Below are positions 27,270 through 41,174 of a stretch of 64,000 bases of DNA, piece after piece (the stretch's first letter is position 1; every line of letters begins with the position of its first letter). The DNA is taken from positions 117,428,001-117,492,000 of the forward strand of contig NC_043000.1 in the NCBI RefSeq assembly GCF_006345805.1. Reading direction: 5' to 3'. A model generated the notes under the pieces. The model searched no databases. It was not told the origin of the DNA and was given only the letters and a program-made list of their open reading frames with translations. The stretch is from Octopus sinensis. Lineage: Eukaryota. A program made the translations under genes and the position numbers.

Positions 27270-27460
27270 TGTGTTTGTCTCCCCACCATCGTGTGGCAAC
27301 CGATGTTGGTATGTTTACATCCCCGTAACTTAACGGTTCGTCAAAAGAGACGGATAGGATAAGTACTAGGCTTACAAAGAATAAGTCCTGGGGTTGATTT
27401 ATTCGAATAAAAGTGGTGCTCCAGCATGGCCGCAGTCAAACGACTGAAATAAATAAACGA
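27041..27460 (+). mobile_element. SINE B
   Basis: Family match with expanded internal (TG)n. Confidence 0.85.
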
Positions 27461-28408
27461 AAAGAACACAATAGGCGCAGGCATGGCCGTGAGGTTAAGA
27501 AGTTAGCTTTGCAATCATGCTGTTTCAAGTTCAGTCCTACAGCAAGGTACCTTAGGCAAGTGTCTTCTACTAAAGTCCGGGCCGATCAAAAGCAGCGGAC
27601 GAGCAGAATCGTTAACACGTTAGACAAAATGTTTGGCAGCATTTTCCCTGGCGTTTTATGCTCCGAAGTCAATTTTACCTTCTGTCTTTGCGTAGTCTAT
27701 AAAATAAATACCAGTTAAGGACAGAGGTCAATGTACTCAATTAAACTCCTCCCCAGAAAATGACTGGCCTTGTGCCAACATTTGAAACAATTATCTGATA
27801 CAAGCTTCTCAAAGATACCATGTCGCGCAAAGGCTCTTGTGTTATTGCAGAAGACTGAACAGTGGTTATAGCATTTCACAAGATAATGTCCATGTCATTG
27901 TCTGCTTTCATGCATTAAAAACAACCACTTTATGGGACGAGTATAAAGCAATTTCATTACGGTGTAAAAATTTCTTCAAGTTTCGAATTCCAAATGTCTT
28001 GTGAGTGAATTAGATAAACGGAAACAGTGCGGAAGACAGCCTTGTGTGTGCGTGTGTGAGCGAGTGTATGTGTGAATGTGTACGGGTATGTTTTTGTTTT
28101 TGTGCTCCGTCACCGATTTACAACTGGTGTTGTTTTGTTTACGTCCCTGTAAATCTGTGGCTCAGCAGAAAAGAGGCCAGCAGAATAATAAAATAAATAC
28201 CAGACTTCAAAAAATGAGCCCCGGGGACGATCTGTTCGACTAAAACCCTTTTATGGTGGTGGCCCAGCATGGTCGCAATCCAGTGACTAAAGTAAAAGAT
28301 AAAAGACATCTATTCGGAGATTTAGGATCGATTAGGATTTTTCGTCAGTGCAGGGGACCACTGCCGGAATTTGGGAGATTTCACGGCATTATATGTATCT
28401 ATTATCTT

Positions 28409-28802
28409 ACTAGCAGTATCGCCCGGCGTTGCTCGGGTTTGTTTCGACCCTTTAGAATTGGAATTTTTGAAAAGTAAAAATTTTGCATTATGTAGCTTGT
28501 TATTCTCTTTAAGTGAACATTTTTCTGGTTGAAATACACCGAAGAATGGCGGCACAGCAGTAAAAAAAATCGTTAAAAATAGGGATTTTCATACAAAAAA
28601 AGCACCTTTTTGATATAAATAATTTTTGGTCTTAACATTGTCTGATTTTAATTTTATCTGCTACGGAATGAAGAGCAAGCCTTCTTCTATCATACTCTCA
28701 ATTTTGGTCAACTTGCGCCGCAGGGTCTCGGAGGAGATAGTGTTAGTTGAAGGCTACCAACCCTGCCATACACAGACAACTTCAGCTTTATATATAGAGA
28801 GA
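28409..28802 (+). mobile_element. Helentron/Helitron-type non-autonomous element (HINE/DINE-like)
   Basis: 5' actagcagtatcgcccggcgttgctcgggt subterminal hairpin and 3' cagacaacttcagctttatatatag; second copy at 53128. Confidence 0.65.
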
Positions 28803-31800
28803 TTGAATTGCATGTGTTAAAACGAATACGCAGTATTTATTCATAGTTGAGCTGAATGTAAACTCTGATCTTACAAATAACTTAATGAATAGGCTTAAAA
28901 TTCTCATTAAAAATAGGAATACTGGACAAGTCTTCTTATCTAGTTGTTGTCATGGAGATAGTTCAACAACAAATATCGTGATTCTATTTTTGTGACGTCC
29001 ATCAACAATCCGTTTGGTCAAATCATTGGATTTACGTATGTCGTGGCCTGAACGTTGTATGCTAATAATTTACTGCTTGAGAAACTTAACTAATTCATAA
29101 TATTGATGACTGTTACGTAAAACGCGTGTGGAGGCACATGGGCGAGTGGTTAGAGCAGCGGACTCGCGGTCGAAGGATCGCGGGTTCGAATCTCAGACCG
29201 GGTGATGTGTGTTTATGGGGCTACACACAGAGGGGACGAACAAGGACAGACAAACGGATTAAGTCGATTACATCGACCCCAGTGCATAACTGGTACTTAA
29301 TTTATCGACCCCGAAAGGATGAAAGGCAAAGTCAACCTCGGCGGAATTTAAACTCAGAACGTAACGGCATACGAAATACGGCTACGCATTTCGTCCGGCG
29401 TGCTAACGATTCTGCCAGCTCGCCGCCTTTAACCTCTGGGTTCAAATATCACCGAGGTCAAATTTACCCCCTGTCCTTGCGTAGTCTATAAAATAAATAC
29501 CAATTAATACCAGTTAAGTACGGAGGTGGATGTACTCAATTAAACTCCTCCCCAGAAAATTACTGGCCTTGTGCCAACATTCGAAACAATTATCTGATAC
29601 AAGTTTCTCAAAGATACCATGTCACGCAAAGGCTCTTGAGTTATTGCAGAAGTCTAAGCAATGGTTATAATATTTCACAAGATAATGTCCGTGTCGTTGT
29701 CTGCTATCATGCATTAAAAACCACTTTAAGGGACGGGTATTAAGCAATTTCATTACACTGCAAAAATGTCTTCAAGTTTCGAATTCCAAAGTTTTAAGCT
29801 ATTTGAGAAGTAGATTTAACATGTTGCATATGAGTCTAAGACAGATTAAGGTATTATATATACAAGCCTAAGGGTACTTTCAACATCAGTGTGTCATTTA
29901 TGGGGTGCATATAATGTTTCCTCCAGAAAATGTCGAAATTCTTAGACTTTTGTCATTAGAAAATTTTTTAAGTGGGTGGGTAGTAGAATCGATTGGGTGT
30001 CAGACAAAATACCATACTTTTACATACACCCCTTTACGTTCTGAGTTCAAGTCACACAGAGTTCTACCTTATTTTTCATTTATTCTACAGGTTTTTGAAA
30101 TAAATAACAGTAATATAGTTCAAATTACATCGATGTGACTAACACTGATTTGAACATATTCAAGGGATATATTTATTTGTGCATTTGTGGAAGGCCGAAA
30201 AAATCTAATAAAGATCTGGGGTTCTCGGACATTACTCTCCCGCGTCCTAGGATTCATAGGGCCGGTTACCTGCTTTCCATGGCGTACAAGTGATAATAAA
30301 ATCACAATATTTCCTCCGGGTTAGGACGCCAGTCCGTCATAGGATTGCTAATCTACAGCTGAGTGGACTGGAGCAGCATCAAACAAAACGTTTTGCTCAA
30401 TAAAACTGCGTACCACCTGGCCCAGGAATTGAAACTATAATCTTGCGATTGTGAGTGCAACACCCTAACCACTAGGCCACGTACCTTGACACGTACATTA
30501 TAAATAAAATCTAAGACACTTTTGAAGCCTACATGACATTTACCAATCTTATTTGAAATTTATTCTGTGCTATTTCAATCCGGGGATTAATGAAAAGAAG
30601 CGGTACTTTTCACGAAATAGTTCGGACAAAATGTCATGGAGGGAGTTGAGCTTTGAAAGAGGGCGTTGAATTATCTTATTTAAATCTCTTAGATCAAGGC
30701 ATGTTTGCAATGCACTAGATAGTTTTTTCATGCGAAACAATCAATTTGGCTCAACAAGTAAGAATATCAATTGTAAAGATAGCTTGCAAAGCATTCAAAA
30801 GACCTACTGTCTTTAGTGTCATAAAAGATGTCCGGGTATATTAGACGCACACCATTTGTAGTAATGCATATCCAGGAAAAAGTGTTTTGTGCACTAACGC
30901 GTGTAATGTAAGGTGGCGAGTTGGCAGAAACGTTAGCACGCCGGTCCGAATACTTATTGGTATTTCATCTGTCTTTACGTTCTGAGTTCAATTTCCGCCG
31001 AGGTCGACTTTGCCTTTCAGCCTTTCGCGATCAATAAATTAAGTAGCAGTTGCATACTGGGGTGGATCTAATCGACTGGCACCCTTCCCCAAAATTTTCG
31101 GGCCTTGTACCTAGAGTAGAAAAGAATCGTTAGCACACCGGGCGAAATGCTTAGCGGCATTTCGTCTGCCCTTACGTTCTGAGTTCAAATTCCGCCGAGG
31201 TTGACTTTGCCTTTCATCCTTTCTGGGTCGACTTACCCTCTTGCCTAAGATTTCTGACCTTGTGCTAAAATTTGAAGCCAATATTTAACGCAACAGCGCG
31301 TAAAGGTCCCTGTGCAACATTTTGAGACATTTCATTTTTGAAAAAAAAAAAGGGTGTATCTTATATGCCTTTAAATCCAGTAATTTGGAATGTTCTCGAG
31401 AAGCTGGAACTTGTGGTTCTCTACATGGTGGATGTACAATACAGAAAGAATAACACCCGGTTCCATTTGGATTGCACAAATTTATTCTTTGTAAGCCTAG
31501 TACTTATTCTATCGGGTCTTTTGACGAACCACTAAGTTACAGGGACGTAAACACACCAACATCGGTTGTCAGACAATGGTGGGAGAACAAACACAGACAC
31601 ACTGGCTGTGTAGTAAGTAGCTTGTTTACCAACCACATGGTTCCGGGATCTGTCCCACTGTGTGGCACCTCGGGCAAGTGTCTTCTAGTATAGTCTCGTG
31701 CCGACCAAAGCCTTGTGAGTGGATTTCGTAGACGGAAACTGAAAGAAGCCCGTCATATATGTGTGTGTGTGTTCAAAGAAGTCTAGCTTAATAAATATAT

Positions 31801-31936
31801 TTTTAAACACACAAAGTACAAACTGCCTACTAAGACACCAGTGGATAAGAAATATGTCAAGGTCACCAAGTTGATTATTTGTTGTTCTTTTTTTTTTTTT
31901 GCTCGCAGTGTATATATATATATATATATATATATA

Positions 31937-32461
31937 CACTAAACAATTTGATTCAACCCATTTATAAATATGATAAACGTCCAAAAATAAGTGAAGCATG
32001 CCTATCACTGAGATCGATAATATGAAAGCCAGTATCAAGTTATTGGTTGTAATATCTGTTTTAGTATGCTACATCGATCTGGTGATTCAATTGCAACTAA
32101 GTGGACTGGATTTACAATGTGAGCTATTGATAGGTGAGATTTTTATATCAAGTTTGCGTATTACTGGTGATCGGTTTTGACCTATATAAACACTCATAAA
32201 ATCACGGGTTATGTTAAAGTTTTATTTGGTTTAATACTAACGCTAGTAATGTTGAAATGATACGATATGGTGCAGCTTTTTGCACACAGGCGTTACGGCA
32301 CGGCTGACTGGACATTCAAACTGTTTTTGGTGACAGTGCTTTTTGGCGCTATATGCAAACACGGGCGCGCGCAGAAATATACACATATGAATATAAAGTG
32401 AGAGAGAAGGTGACATAAACACTTTCCCCTCTCCTCATACACACAAAAAGCAAATATGCTC

Positions 32462-32508
<47 letters not shown>

Positions 32509-33041
32509 ATATATACACTAAACAATTTGATTCAACCCATTTATAAATATGATAAACGTCCAAAAATAAGTGAAGCATGCCTATCACTGAGATCGATAAT
32601 ATGAAAGCCAGTATCAAGTTATTGGTTGTAATATCTGTTTTAGTATGCTACATCGATCTGGTGATTCAATTGCAACTAAGTGGACTGGATTTACAATGTG
32701 AGCTATTGATAGGTGAGATTTTTATATCAAGTTTGCGTATTACTGGTGATCGGTTTTGACCTATATAAACACTCATAAAATCACGGGTTATGTTAAAGTT
32801 TTATTTGGTTTAATACTAACGCTAGTAATGTTGAAATGATACGATATGGTGCAGCTTTTTGCACACAGGCGTTACGGCACGGCTGACTGGACATTCAAAC
32901 TGTTTTTGGTGACAGTGCTTTTTGGCGCTATATGCAAACACGGGCGCGCGCAGAAATATACACATATGAATATAAAGTGAGAGAGAAGGTTGACATAAAC
33001 ACTTTCCCCTCTCCTCATACACACAAAAAGCAAATATGCTC

Positions 33042-33050
<9 letters not shown>
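31937..33050. repeat. Tandem duplication, 579-bp period, bounded by (TA)n
   Basis: cactaaacaatttgattc at 31937 and 32516; identical ORFs at 31998 and 32577. Confidence 0.95.
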
Positions 33051-33111
<61 letters not shown>

Positions 33112-33114
<3 letters not shown>

Positions 33115-33460
33115 CGTAGGAGTGGCTGTGTGGTAATTAGCTTGCTTACCAACCGGATAGGTGTCTTCTACTATAGCCTCGGGTCGATCAAAGCCTTGTG
33201 GGTGGATTTGGAAGACGGAAACTGAAAGAAGCCCGTCGTATATATGTATACATATGTGTGTGTGTCTATGTTTGTGTGTCTGTGTTTGTCCCCCCAACCC
33301 GATGATGGTGTGTTTACGTCCCCATAACTTAGCGGTTCGGCAAAAGAGACCGATAGAATAAGCACTAGGCTTACAAAGAATAAGTCCTGGGGTCGATTTG
33401 CTCGACTAAAGGCGGTACTCCAGCATGGTGACAGTCAAATGACTGAAACAAGTAAAAGAA
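33112..33460 (+). mobile_element. SINE B with internal deletion
   Basis: Family match; the head lacks part of the tRNA region. Confidence 0.85.
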
Positions 33461-33469
33461 TATATATAT

Positions 33470-33487
33470 ATATAGATATATAGAACT

Positions 33488-33567
<80 letters not shown>

Positions 33568-33626
33568 GTATGTAGGTAGGTAGGTAGGTGGGTAGGTAGG
33601 TAGATAGATAGGTAGATATATAGATG

Positions 33627-33659
<33 letters not shown>

Positions 33660-33708
33660 GTATGTAGGTATGTAGGTGGGTAGGTAGGTAGGTGGGTAGG
33701 TAGGTAGG

Positions 33709-33763
<55 letters not shown>

Positions 33764-33850
33764 GTAGGTAGATATATAGATAGGTAGGTGGGTATGTAGG
33801 TATGTAGGTAGGTAGGTAGGTAGGTAGATAGGTAGGTAGGTAGATAGATA
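33470..33850. repeat. Compound (GATA)n/(GGTA)n satellite
   Basis: Direct inspection. Confidence 0.95.
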
Positions 33851-34559
33851 CAAAGCAAGAGAGAGAAGAGAGGGGGAAAGACAAAGGTGGGAGAGAAACG
33901 AGAGAAACATTAAAACGAAACATTAAAATGTCCAATACCAATTAGGTCAGCGTTGACGCAGCGGCGCTTACGAGACTGTCACAAAACGGTTCTTACCCTA
34001 GTATTGTGATCAATAGCAACGTCATTTTCTTTGCTGTTATTATAAGACTCATAGACGTATGTAAATTTTGAATTTTGTTCAGACTACAGGCTTGCCATTA
34101 GTTTCGTCTTCGATATATCTTCAAAACGACGCTCGTAATCTGTCGATGCTAATATTACATTTTTTCTTTGTATTGTAGGAAGTAGATGGCGTTATCGAGC
34201 ACAAGTTGATCGCTTTCGCCTATAAGCTTTTCTTTGATTCAGGCCTTGTTATTATAAAAGTTTATTCTGTCTCGAATCGCTTTATCTACGTTATGATATT
34301 TGAGAACCATTGATCAGAAGACATAGTTTTCTCACGCCTGACGAAATGGTACGTTTTTAATTTTACGATCTGTATATCACACATGAAGCATATATACTGT
34401 CGAAAGCCTTCTAAACTGCAGTAATTATCTCGGGAAAGTATTTCTTATTGATGTATAGTGTTAAAAACGCATAAATATATCAGCAGTTGGCCAAAATCGC
34501 CCAACAGCGGTTGTAGCACTAAACATGGATTTTTGCTTTTCTGAGCCGCATCAACGGCA

Positions 34560-34925
34560 GTGGAGGCGCAATGGCCCAATGGCTAGGGCAGCGGACTCGC
34601 AGTCGGAGGATCGCGGTTTCGATTCCCAGACCTGGCGTTGTGTGTTTATTGAGCGAAAGCACCTAAAGCTCCACGATGCTCCGGCAGGAGGTGGTGGCGA
34701 CCCCTGTTGTACTCTTTCGCTACAACTTTCTCTCACTCTTTCTTCCTGTTTCTTGTCCCCAACTTCCTACGCAACAGCTGAGCCTGGATGCGCATTCATC
34801 CATCCGCCGATGTTCTCGGTGTCGGGGGTTGACCTGCTTTCTCTTGTGCGAGTCTTACGAATAGCAAAAACCACCTTTCGGACTTCTCCCATCTTGCGAG
34901 CTCTGGGACGAAGACTGTTCGCTTA
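34560..34925 (+). mobile_element. SINE C variant with C2 tail
   Basis: Homologous to 20715-21098. Confidence 0.85.
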
Positions 34926-37257
34926 ACAGCATCATCAACAGCAAGCAATGACTCGGTTAAACACCAGTTTAAGTTTCGTGCACATAGACTTAAAAAATCT
35001 CAGTGTAATTTTTGTCATCATTTTCAGGAAATGTCATACGATTGTTCGCCTCTGGCGTTTTCTATATCCGTTTGTGTAATATAGGAGGTTCACTTTTACA
35101 GATACTTTTTTTTTTTTTGGCCTTTCTGGAATTTCGGAAAATCCTTGTGACGTGATATCATACAGTTCATCATCATCAACCTCCAGGACATTATTGACTC
35201 GAACCCTAGGACTCACAGAGCCGGCTATTTGGTTTCCATGGCGTATAAGTGGCCGAAATCACGACTTTCAAGACCGTCGCAAAGTTACTCGTTTAAGGGT
35301 TAATGGACTGGAGCAACGGGAATTGAAGTGTTTTGCCTAAGAATACAACCCACCGCCCGGCCCGGTGATGAAAACCACGGCCTTGCAAAATGCTATTCAC
35401 AAGGTTTTAGAACCTACAGTAGACTTTTCCAAGGTGATTGTGGGAAATACGAAGTTCACAGACATTTCACAATCTCATTTGTAATGGAAATCAGGTTTTG
35501 TGATAGATATCTGGAAAATATTTTAACAGAGTAAATATTTATTTCTTTACTACACACAAGGGGCTTAACACAGAGGGGACAAACAAGGACAGACACACAG
35601 ATTAAGTCGATTATATCGACCCCAGTGCGTAACTGGTACTTATTTAATCGACCCCGAAAGGATGAAAGGCAAAGTCGACCTCGGCGGAATTTGAACTCAG
35701 AACGTAACGGCAGAGGAAATATGGCGTGCTAACGTTTCTGCCAGCTCGCAGAAATAGTAAATACTAGTTCTACTGGTCCCATCGCGAGGAGATGGTAGGG
35801 GTTCACTCCCCTGCTCGCAATTATATCGGTTGCAGCTGTGCATCGTTACCCAGCTAGAGGAGATGTTCTCTTGGGGTTAAAAAATCGCAATAGAGCCTGC
35901 TCGACCAGATAGCTATGTGAAAGTGGCTACGAATATTATTTTAACAAAGCGTTAAAGGATTTTCCGAAATTCCAGAAAGGCCAAAAAAAAAAAGTATCTG
36001 TAAAAGTGAACCTCCTATATTACACAAACGGATATAGAAAACGCCAGAGGCGAACAATCGTATGACATTTCCTGAAAATGATGACAAAAATTACACTGAG
36101 ATTTTTTAAGTCTATGTGCACGAAACTTAAACTGGTGTTTAACCGAGTCATTGCTTGCTGTTGATGATGCTGTTAAGCGAACAGTCCTCGTCCCAGAGCT
36201 CGCAAGATGGGAGAAGACTGTTCGCTTAACAGCATCATCAACAGCAAGCAATGACTCGGTTAAACACCAGTTTAAGTTTCGTGCACATAGACTTAAAAAA
36301 TCTCAGTGTAATTTTTGTCATCATTTTCAGGAAATGTCATACGATTGTTCGCCTCTGGCGTTTTCTATATCCGTTTGTGTAATATAGGAGGTTCACTTTT
36401 ACAGATACTTTTTTTTTTTGGCCTTTCTGGAATTTCGGAAAATCCTTTAACGCTTTGTTAAAATAATATTCGTAGCCACTTTCACATAGCTATCTGGTCG
36501 AGCAGGCTCTATTGCGATTTTTTAACCCCAAGAGAACATCTCCTCTAGCTGGGTAACGATGCACAGCTGCAACCGATATAATTGCGAGCATGGGGAGTGA
36601 ACCCCTACCATCTCCTCGCGATGGGACCAGTAGAACTAGTATTTACTATTTCTGCGAGCTGGCAGAAACGTTAGCACGCCATATTTCCTCTGCCGTTACG
36701 TTCTGAGTTCAAATTCCGCCGAGGTCGACTTTGCCTTTCATCCTTTCGGGGTCGATTAAATAAGTACCAGTTACGCACTGGGGTCGATATAATCGACTTA
36801 ATCTGTGTGTCTGTCCTTGTTTGTCCCCTCTGTGTTAAGCCCCTTGTGTGTAGTAAAGAAATAAATATTTACTCTGTTAAAATATTTTCCAGATATCTAT
36901 CACAAAACCTGATTTCCATTACAAATGAGATTGTGAAATGTCTGTGAACTTCGTATTTCCCACAATCACCTGGAAAAGTCTACTGTAGGTTCTAAAACCT
37001 TGTGAATAGCATTTTGCAAGGCCGTGGTTTTCATCACCGGGCCGGGCGGTGGGTTGTATTCTTAGGCAAAACACTTCAATTCCCGTTGCTCCAGTCCATT
37101 AACCCTTAAACGAGTAACTTTGCGACGGTCTTGAAAGTCGTGATTTCGGCCACTTATACGCCATGGAAACCAAATAGCCGGCTCTGTGAGTCCTAGGGTT
37201 CGAGTCAATAATGTCCTGGAGGTTGATGATGATGAACTGTATGATATCACGTCACAA
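34883..37257. repeat. Inverted triplication A-B-A'-A-B' containing a 2.1-kb palindrome (35145-37257)
   Basis: A=34883-35146, B=35147-35954, A'=35955-36215, A=36216-36447, B'=36448-37255; mirrored identical ORFs (35152+ / 37062-; 36015- / 36151+). Confidence 0.92.
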
Positions 37258-37281
37258 TGATGTTGTTAGAGTGGTTGCAGA

Positions 37282-37491
37282 CTTTACTCTTTACTCTTTT
37301 ACTTGTTTCAGTCATTTGACTGCGGCCATGCTGGAGCACCGCCTTTAGTCGAGCAAATCGAGCCCCAGGACTTATTCTTTGGAAGCCTAGTACTTATTCT
37401 ATCGGTCTCTTTTGTCGAACTGCTAAGTTACGGGGACGTAAACACTCCAGCATCTGTTGTCAAGTGATGTTGGGGCGGGGGGACAAACACA

Positions 37492-37558
<67 letters not shown>

Positions 37559-37741
37559 TTATACATATACATATATACGACGGGCTTCTTTCAGTTTCTG
37601 TCTACCAAATCCACTCACAAGGCTTTGGTCGGCCCGAGGCTATAGCAGAAGACACTTGCCCAAGGTGCCACGCAGTGGGACTGAACCCGGAACCATGTGG
37701 TTGGTAAGCAAGCTACCTACCACACAGCTACTCCTGCGCCT
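37282..37741 (-). mobile_element. Full-length SINE B
   Basis: Family match with (CA)/(TA) insert. Confidence 0.9.
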
Positions 37742-38520
37742 TTAAACATCGGGTGAATATAATTTCACAATTCATTAGGTATACAGCATGTAAGCAAAAA
37801 TTCAAATCTAAAGTGACAACTAAGAAGATAATTCAGATGAATTTGACTTCGGTGGTGATTTGTTATCCTAGTTTTCTGAAGAATGAGTATAGAATATTCC
37901 TCAAGCGGCCCATCGTCTTTGGGTTACAGTTTATTGAAATGTAAAGTCTGTCGTCTCTGTAAAGTACACCAAAATAAGGCACTGACCTTTACTAAGTCGT
38001 GTATTTTCATGGTGACGTCAAAAACAGTGGGGCTTATTTAAGTATTCGCTCATCCAAATAAAGTCATTTCAGTAAAGAATTATCTTCGGTACAAGCAGAA
38101 TAATTTTAATGTCAACAAATTGAGCTATATATATATAATTATATATAGTTAATATATTGCTAATAATTTCTCAAAAAAAGTGTTTCTGTAAACTGTTTTT
38201 AACATCTTATTATTATCAAAGAATGTATATAAGCATTGCAACTTTTGGTGCCCAATATTTAAATGAACTTTTTTATATTTTCCCAAGATTTTTCCTTGTA
38301 AACTGTTTTTAACATTTTCTTATTAATAACAAAGAATGTATACATGTATTGTAATATTTTGTGACAACCAGTACTTGACACAACAAAACTTTTACATTTT
38401 ACTCTTAACAACTTTTTTCTAAAAAAAAAAAAGAAGCCAGTCAGGTGAATAAACATCATCATCATCATGCCTTCTTTCATATATAATTCTACTCGTGCGG
38501 TACCTTACAACTTCACTTTG

Positions 38521-38563
<43 letters not shown>

Positions 38564-39199
38564 CAGACACAAACGTACATTGACACACACACACAAACAC
38601 AAACGCACTCACACACACACTCACGTTCCTTCTCACACACATAGACAAAAGACCACGTTCACTTCCCAGGCGTACACTACATACATTTTCATAGATATAG
38701 ACACACATACACACACCCATACACACACGCACGTACACGCACTCACACGTGCACTTATGCACGTACACAAGTACACATACGCATTTCAATGCACACACGC
38801 TCACACACACATCACTTCATTCTTCACTCCTCTGTCCTATTAATTGATCCATCCTATTTCAAAACAACGAAAACTATATCGCTCGCCGCCATTGCCATCT
38901 CCCTCATTACCCCCGCCTTTCCACTTCTCTCCTCTTGTATAATATTAGGGATCTCATCGCAACATCCACTAACCCTCTCACCATTAACTCCCTCGTTTTG
39001 CACCTTTATCCTCCTAGTTTTTATTTTTAAAATTATTCATTTTTTTTTTGCTTGTTTCAATAATTTGGCTGTGGCTATGCCAGCGGCGAAATTTTTTTTT
39101 TCCCCACGAGAGTTCTGGATCCCAGTTATGAATTCATTTGCATACAGCCAATCAGAGCTCAACTATCAAACCAGTTTATGAGCACATAACAAGCGATGG

Positions 39200-39485
39200 T
39201 GGAGTCGCAATGGCCCAGTGGTTAGGGTTCGATTCCCAGACCGGGCGTTGTGTGAGTTTATTGAGCGAAAACACCTAAAGCTCCACGAGGCTCTGGCAGG
39301 GGGTGGTGGCGACCACTGTTGTATTCTTTCGCCACAATTTCCTCTCACTCTTCCTGTTTCTTGGGTAACGCTGTGATAGACCGGTGTCCCGTCCAGCTGG
39401 GGGGAACACATACGCCACAGAAACCGGGAAACCGGGCCCATGAGCCTGGCTAGGCTTGAAAAGGGCGCATAAATAAATAAAAAAT
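39200..39485 (+). mobile_element. SINE C with partial head deletion
   Basis: Family match ending gggcgcataaataaata. Confidence 0.85.
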
Positions 39486-40244
39486 AACAAGTGATGGGCG
39501 ATAAGATAAGGTCACTTGGGTAAGGAATGACCATGCTTCTTTCCTCTTTTAATAATGCTTGTTGTTCTTGTTCTTGTTTCAACCACGGCTGCCTCTGCGT
39601 AGTTATTTGTGTTGTTGTTTACTTTGTAAAACAGTAAGGGGAGGAGGGTTGCTAGCACGTCACCCTCTACCCACATTTTTCCTATCCACATCTTTACCAT
39701 ATGGGGCCCTATCAAAATCCGATCATAGGCGGCGATCGGTCGATTTACAATACCGTTCTTCCTCTTGAGTTTACTTGGTAGGGTGCGTTTTACCAAGTGA
39801 TTGGTTGTTTTTAACACATTCGCGAATGTTAAGTTGACAAAAAGATCAAAGTGAGCGCTGACTGGCTGTAGGCAAATGAGTTTCTTACTGGGGTCAGGAA
39901 CTCTCGTGGGAAAAAATTTCGCATGCCGGGGTGCCACCTTGAAGGGTTTTATTCGGACAAATCGACTCCAATACTTAGATTTTCATTCTAGTACTTATTC
40001 AGAAGAACTCTTTTGTCAAATCGTTACGTTACGAGGACGTAAACAAACCAACGACGTTTGTCAAATGGTGGATGGAGTAACACAAGGATCCGTCCCGATA
40101 CCCTAGTTCAGCCGGGTCACTATTATTATCTCCTTTTCACTCAGCCTCTTTCTTTCGGTCATTTCATTATGTTGAACCGTTAATGCCTACACATTTTTTC
40201 TCTCACCATATTTTTTTTTTCGTTCTCTCTCCATTTTTACCCCT

Positions 40245-40385
40245 CAATCCATTCTATCGAAAAGCCTAAGCTCGAAACCTCAAAGACTTTTCCATTCTTC
40301 CCGAGCGTTAACTAATACACCTGCTTGTTGTTCCTTCACCTGTCTTCGTTTTTTTTTTTTTTGCCTTCTGTAAACTTGAGCTACA
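40245..40385 (+). mobile_element. Diverged copy of the minimal-hammerhead repeat
   Basis: ctatcgaa-aagcctaagctc-gaaac-ctc-aaag; inverted relative to 40432-40632 across a (CA)/(TA) tract. Confidence 0.5.
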
Positions 40386-40389
40386 CATG

Positions 40390-40425
<36 letters not shown>

Positions 40426-40431
40426 TATATA

Positions 40432-40632
40432 TAGGGAGAGTTTACGGGAAAAAAAAAACAAAAGACGAAGACAGGTGGTGTACAAAACAAACAGATGTAT
40501 TAGTATAACGCTCAGGAATAGAAAAAGTCTTTTACGTTTCGAGCCTACGCTCTTCTACAGAAAGGGACACAGAAAAAACAAGGAGAGAAACAAGGAGAGA
40601 AAAAAAATGTGTGTAGTGGCTAACGATCTATC
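40432..40632 (-). mobile_element. About 200-bp dispersed repeat with a minimal hammerhead-like motif (40529-40564)
   Basis: Near-identical to 46822-47022; minus strand cttt-CTGTAGAA-gagc gtag gctc-GAAAC-GTA-aaag. Confidence 0.6.
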
Positions 40633-40942
40633 ATGGTTTATATATATAAACACGACGGGCTTCTACACAATTTCTGTCTACCAAATTTACTCACAAGGCG
40701 CGTCGGCCAGAAGATATGATTGAAGACACTTGCTTAAGGTACCGCAAAGTAAGACAGAATCCGAAGCCACTTAGTAGCAAAGAGAGCTCGGAGCCATTAT
40801 ATATTTAAACCGGGGAATCTATCAATTCTCATAATTCTATATCCATTTAAATCATTTTAATCTATATAAATATGTTAGGCGGTTATTTAGCAGAGTCTTT
40901 CGGGCATCACATAAAGTACCACGTGGTATTTATTCCGATTTA

Positions 40943-41174
40943 AGGCGACGAGTTGGCAAAAACGTTAGCGTGCCGGGTGAAATGCTTAGCGGTATTTCGT
41001 CTGTCGCTACGTTCTGAGTTCAAATTCCGCCGAGGTCAACTTTGCCTTTAATCCTTTCGGGGTCGATTAAATAAGTACCAGTTACGCACTGGGGTCGATA
41101 TAATCGACTTAATCCGTTTGTCTGTCCCTGTTTGTCCTCTCTGTGTTTAGCCCCTTGTGGGTATTAAAGAAATA
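40943..41174 (+). mobile_element. Full-length SINE A inserted into an older A-like SINE, 18-bp TSD
   Basis: ggtatttattccgattta at 40925-40942 and 41175-41192. Confidence 0.92.

Noticed and set aside
33960-34500. Possible decayed coding remnant on the minus strand
   Set aside because: Multiple stops and no motif I can assign.
39512-39937. 141-aa minus-strand ORF
   Set aside because: Starts in a SINE remnant, ends in low complexity, and has no recognisable domain.
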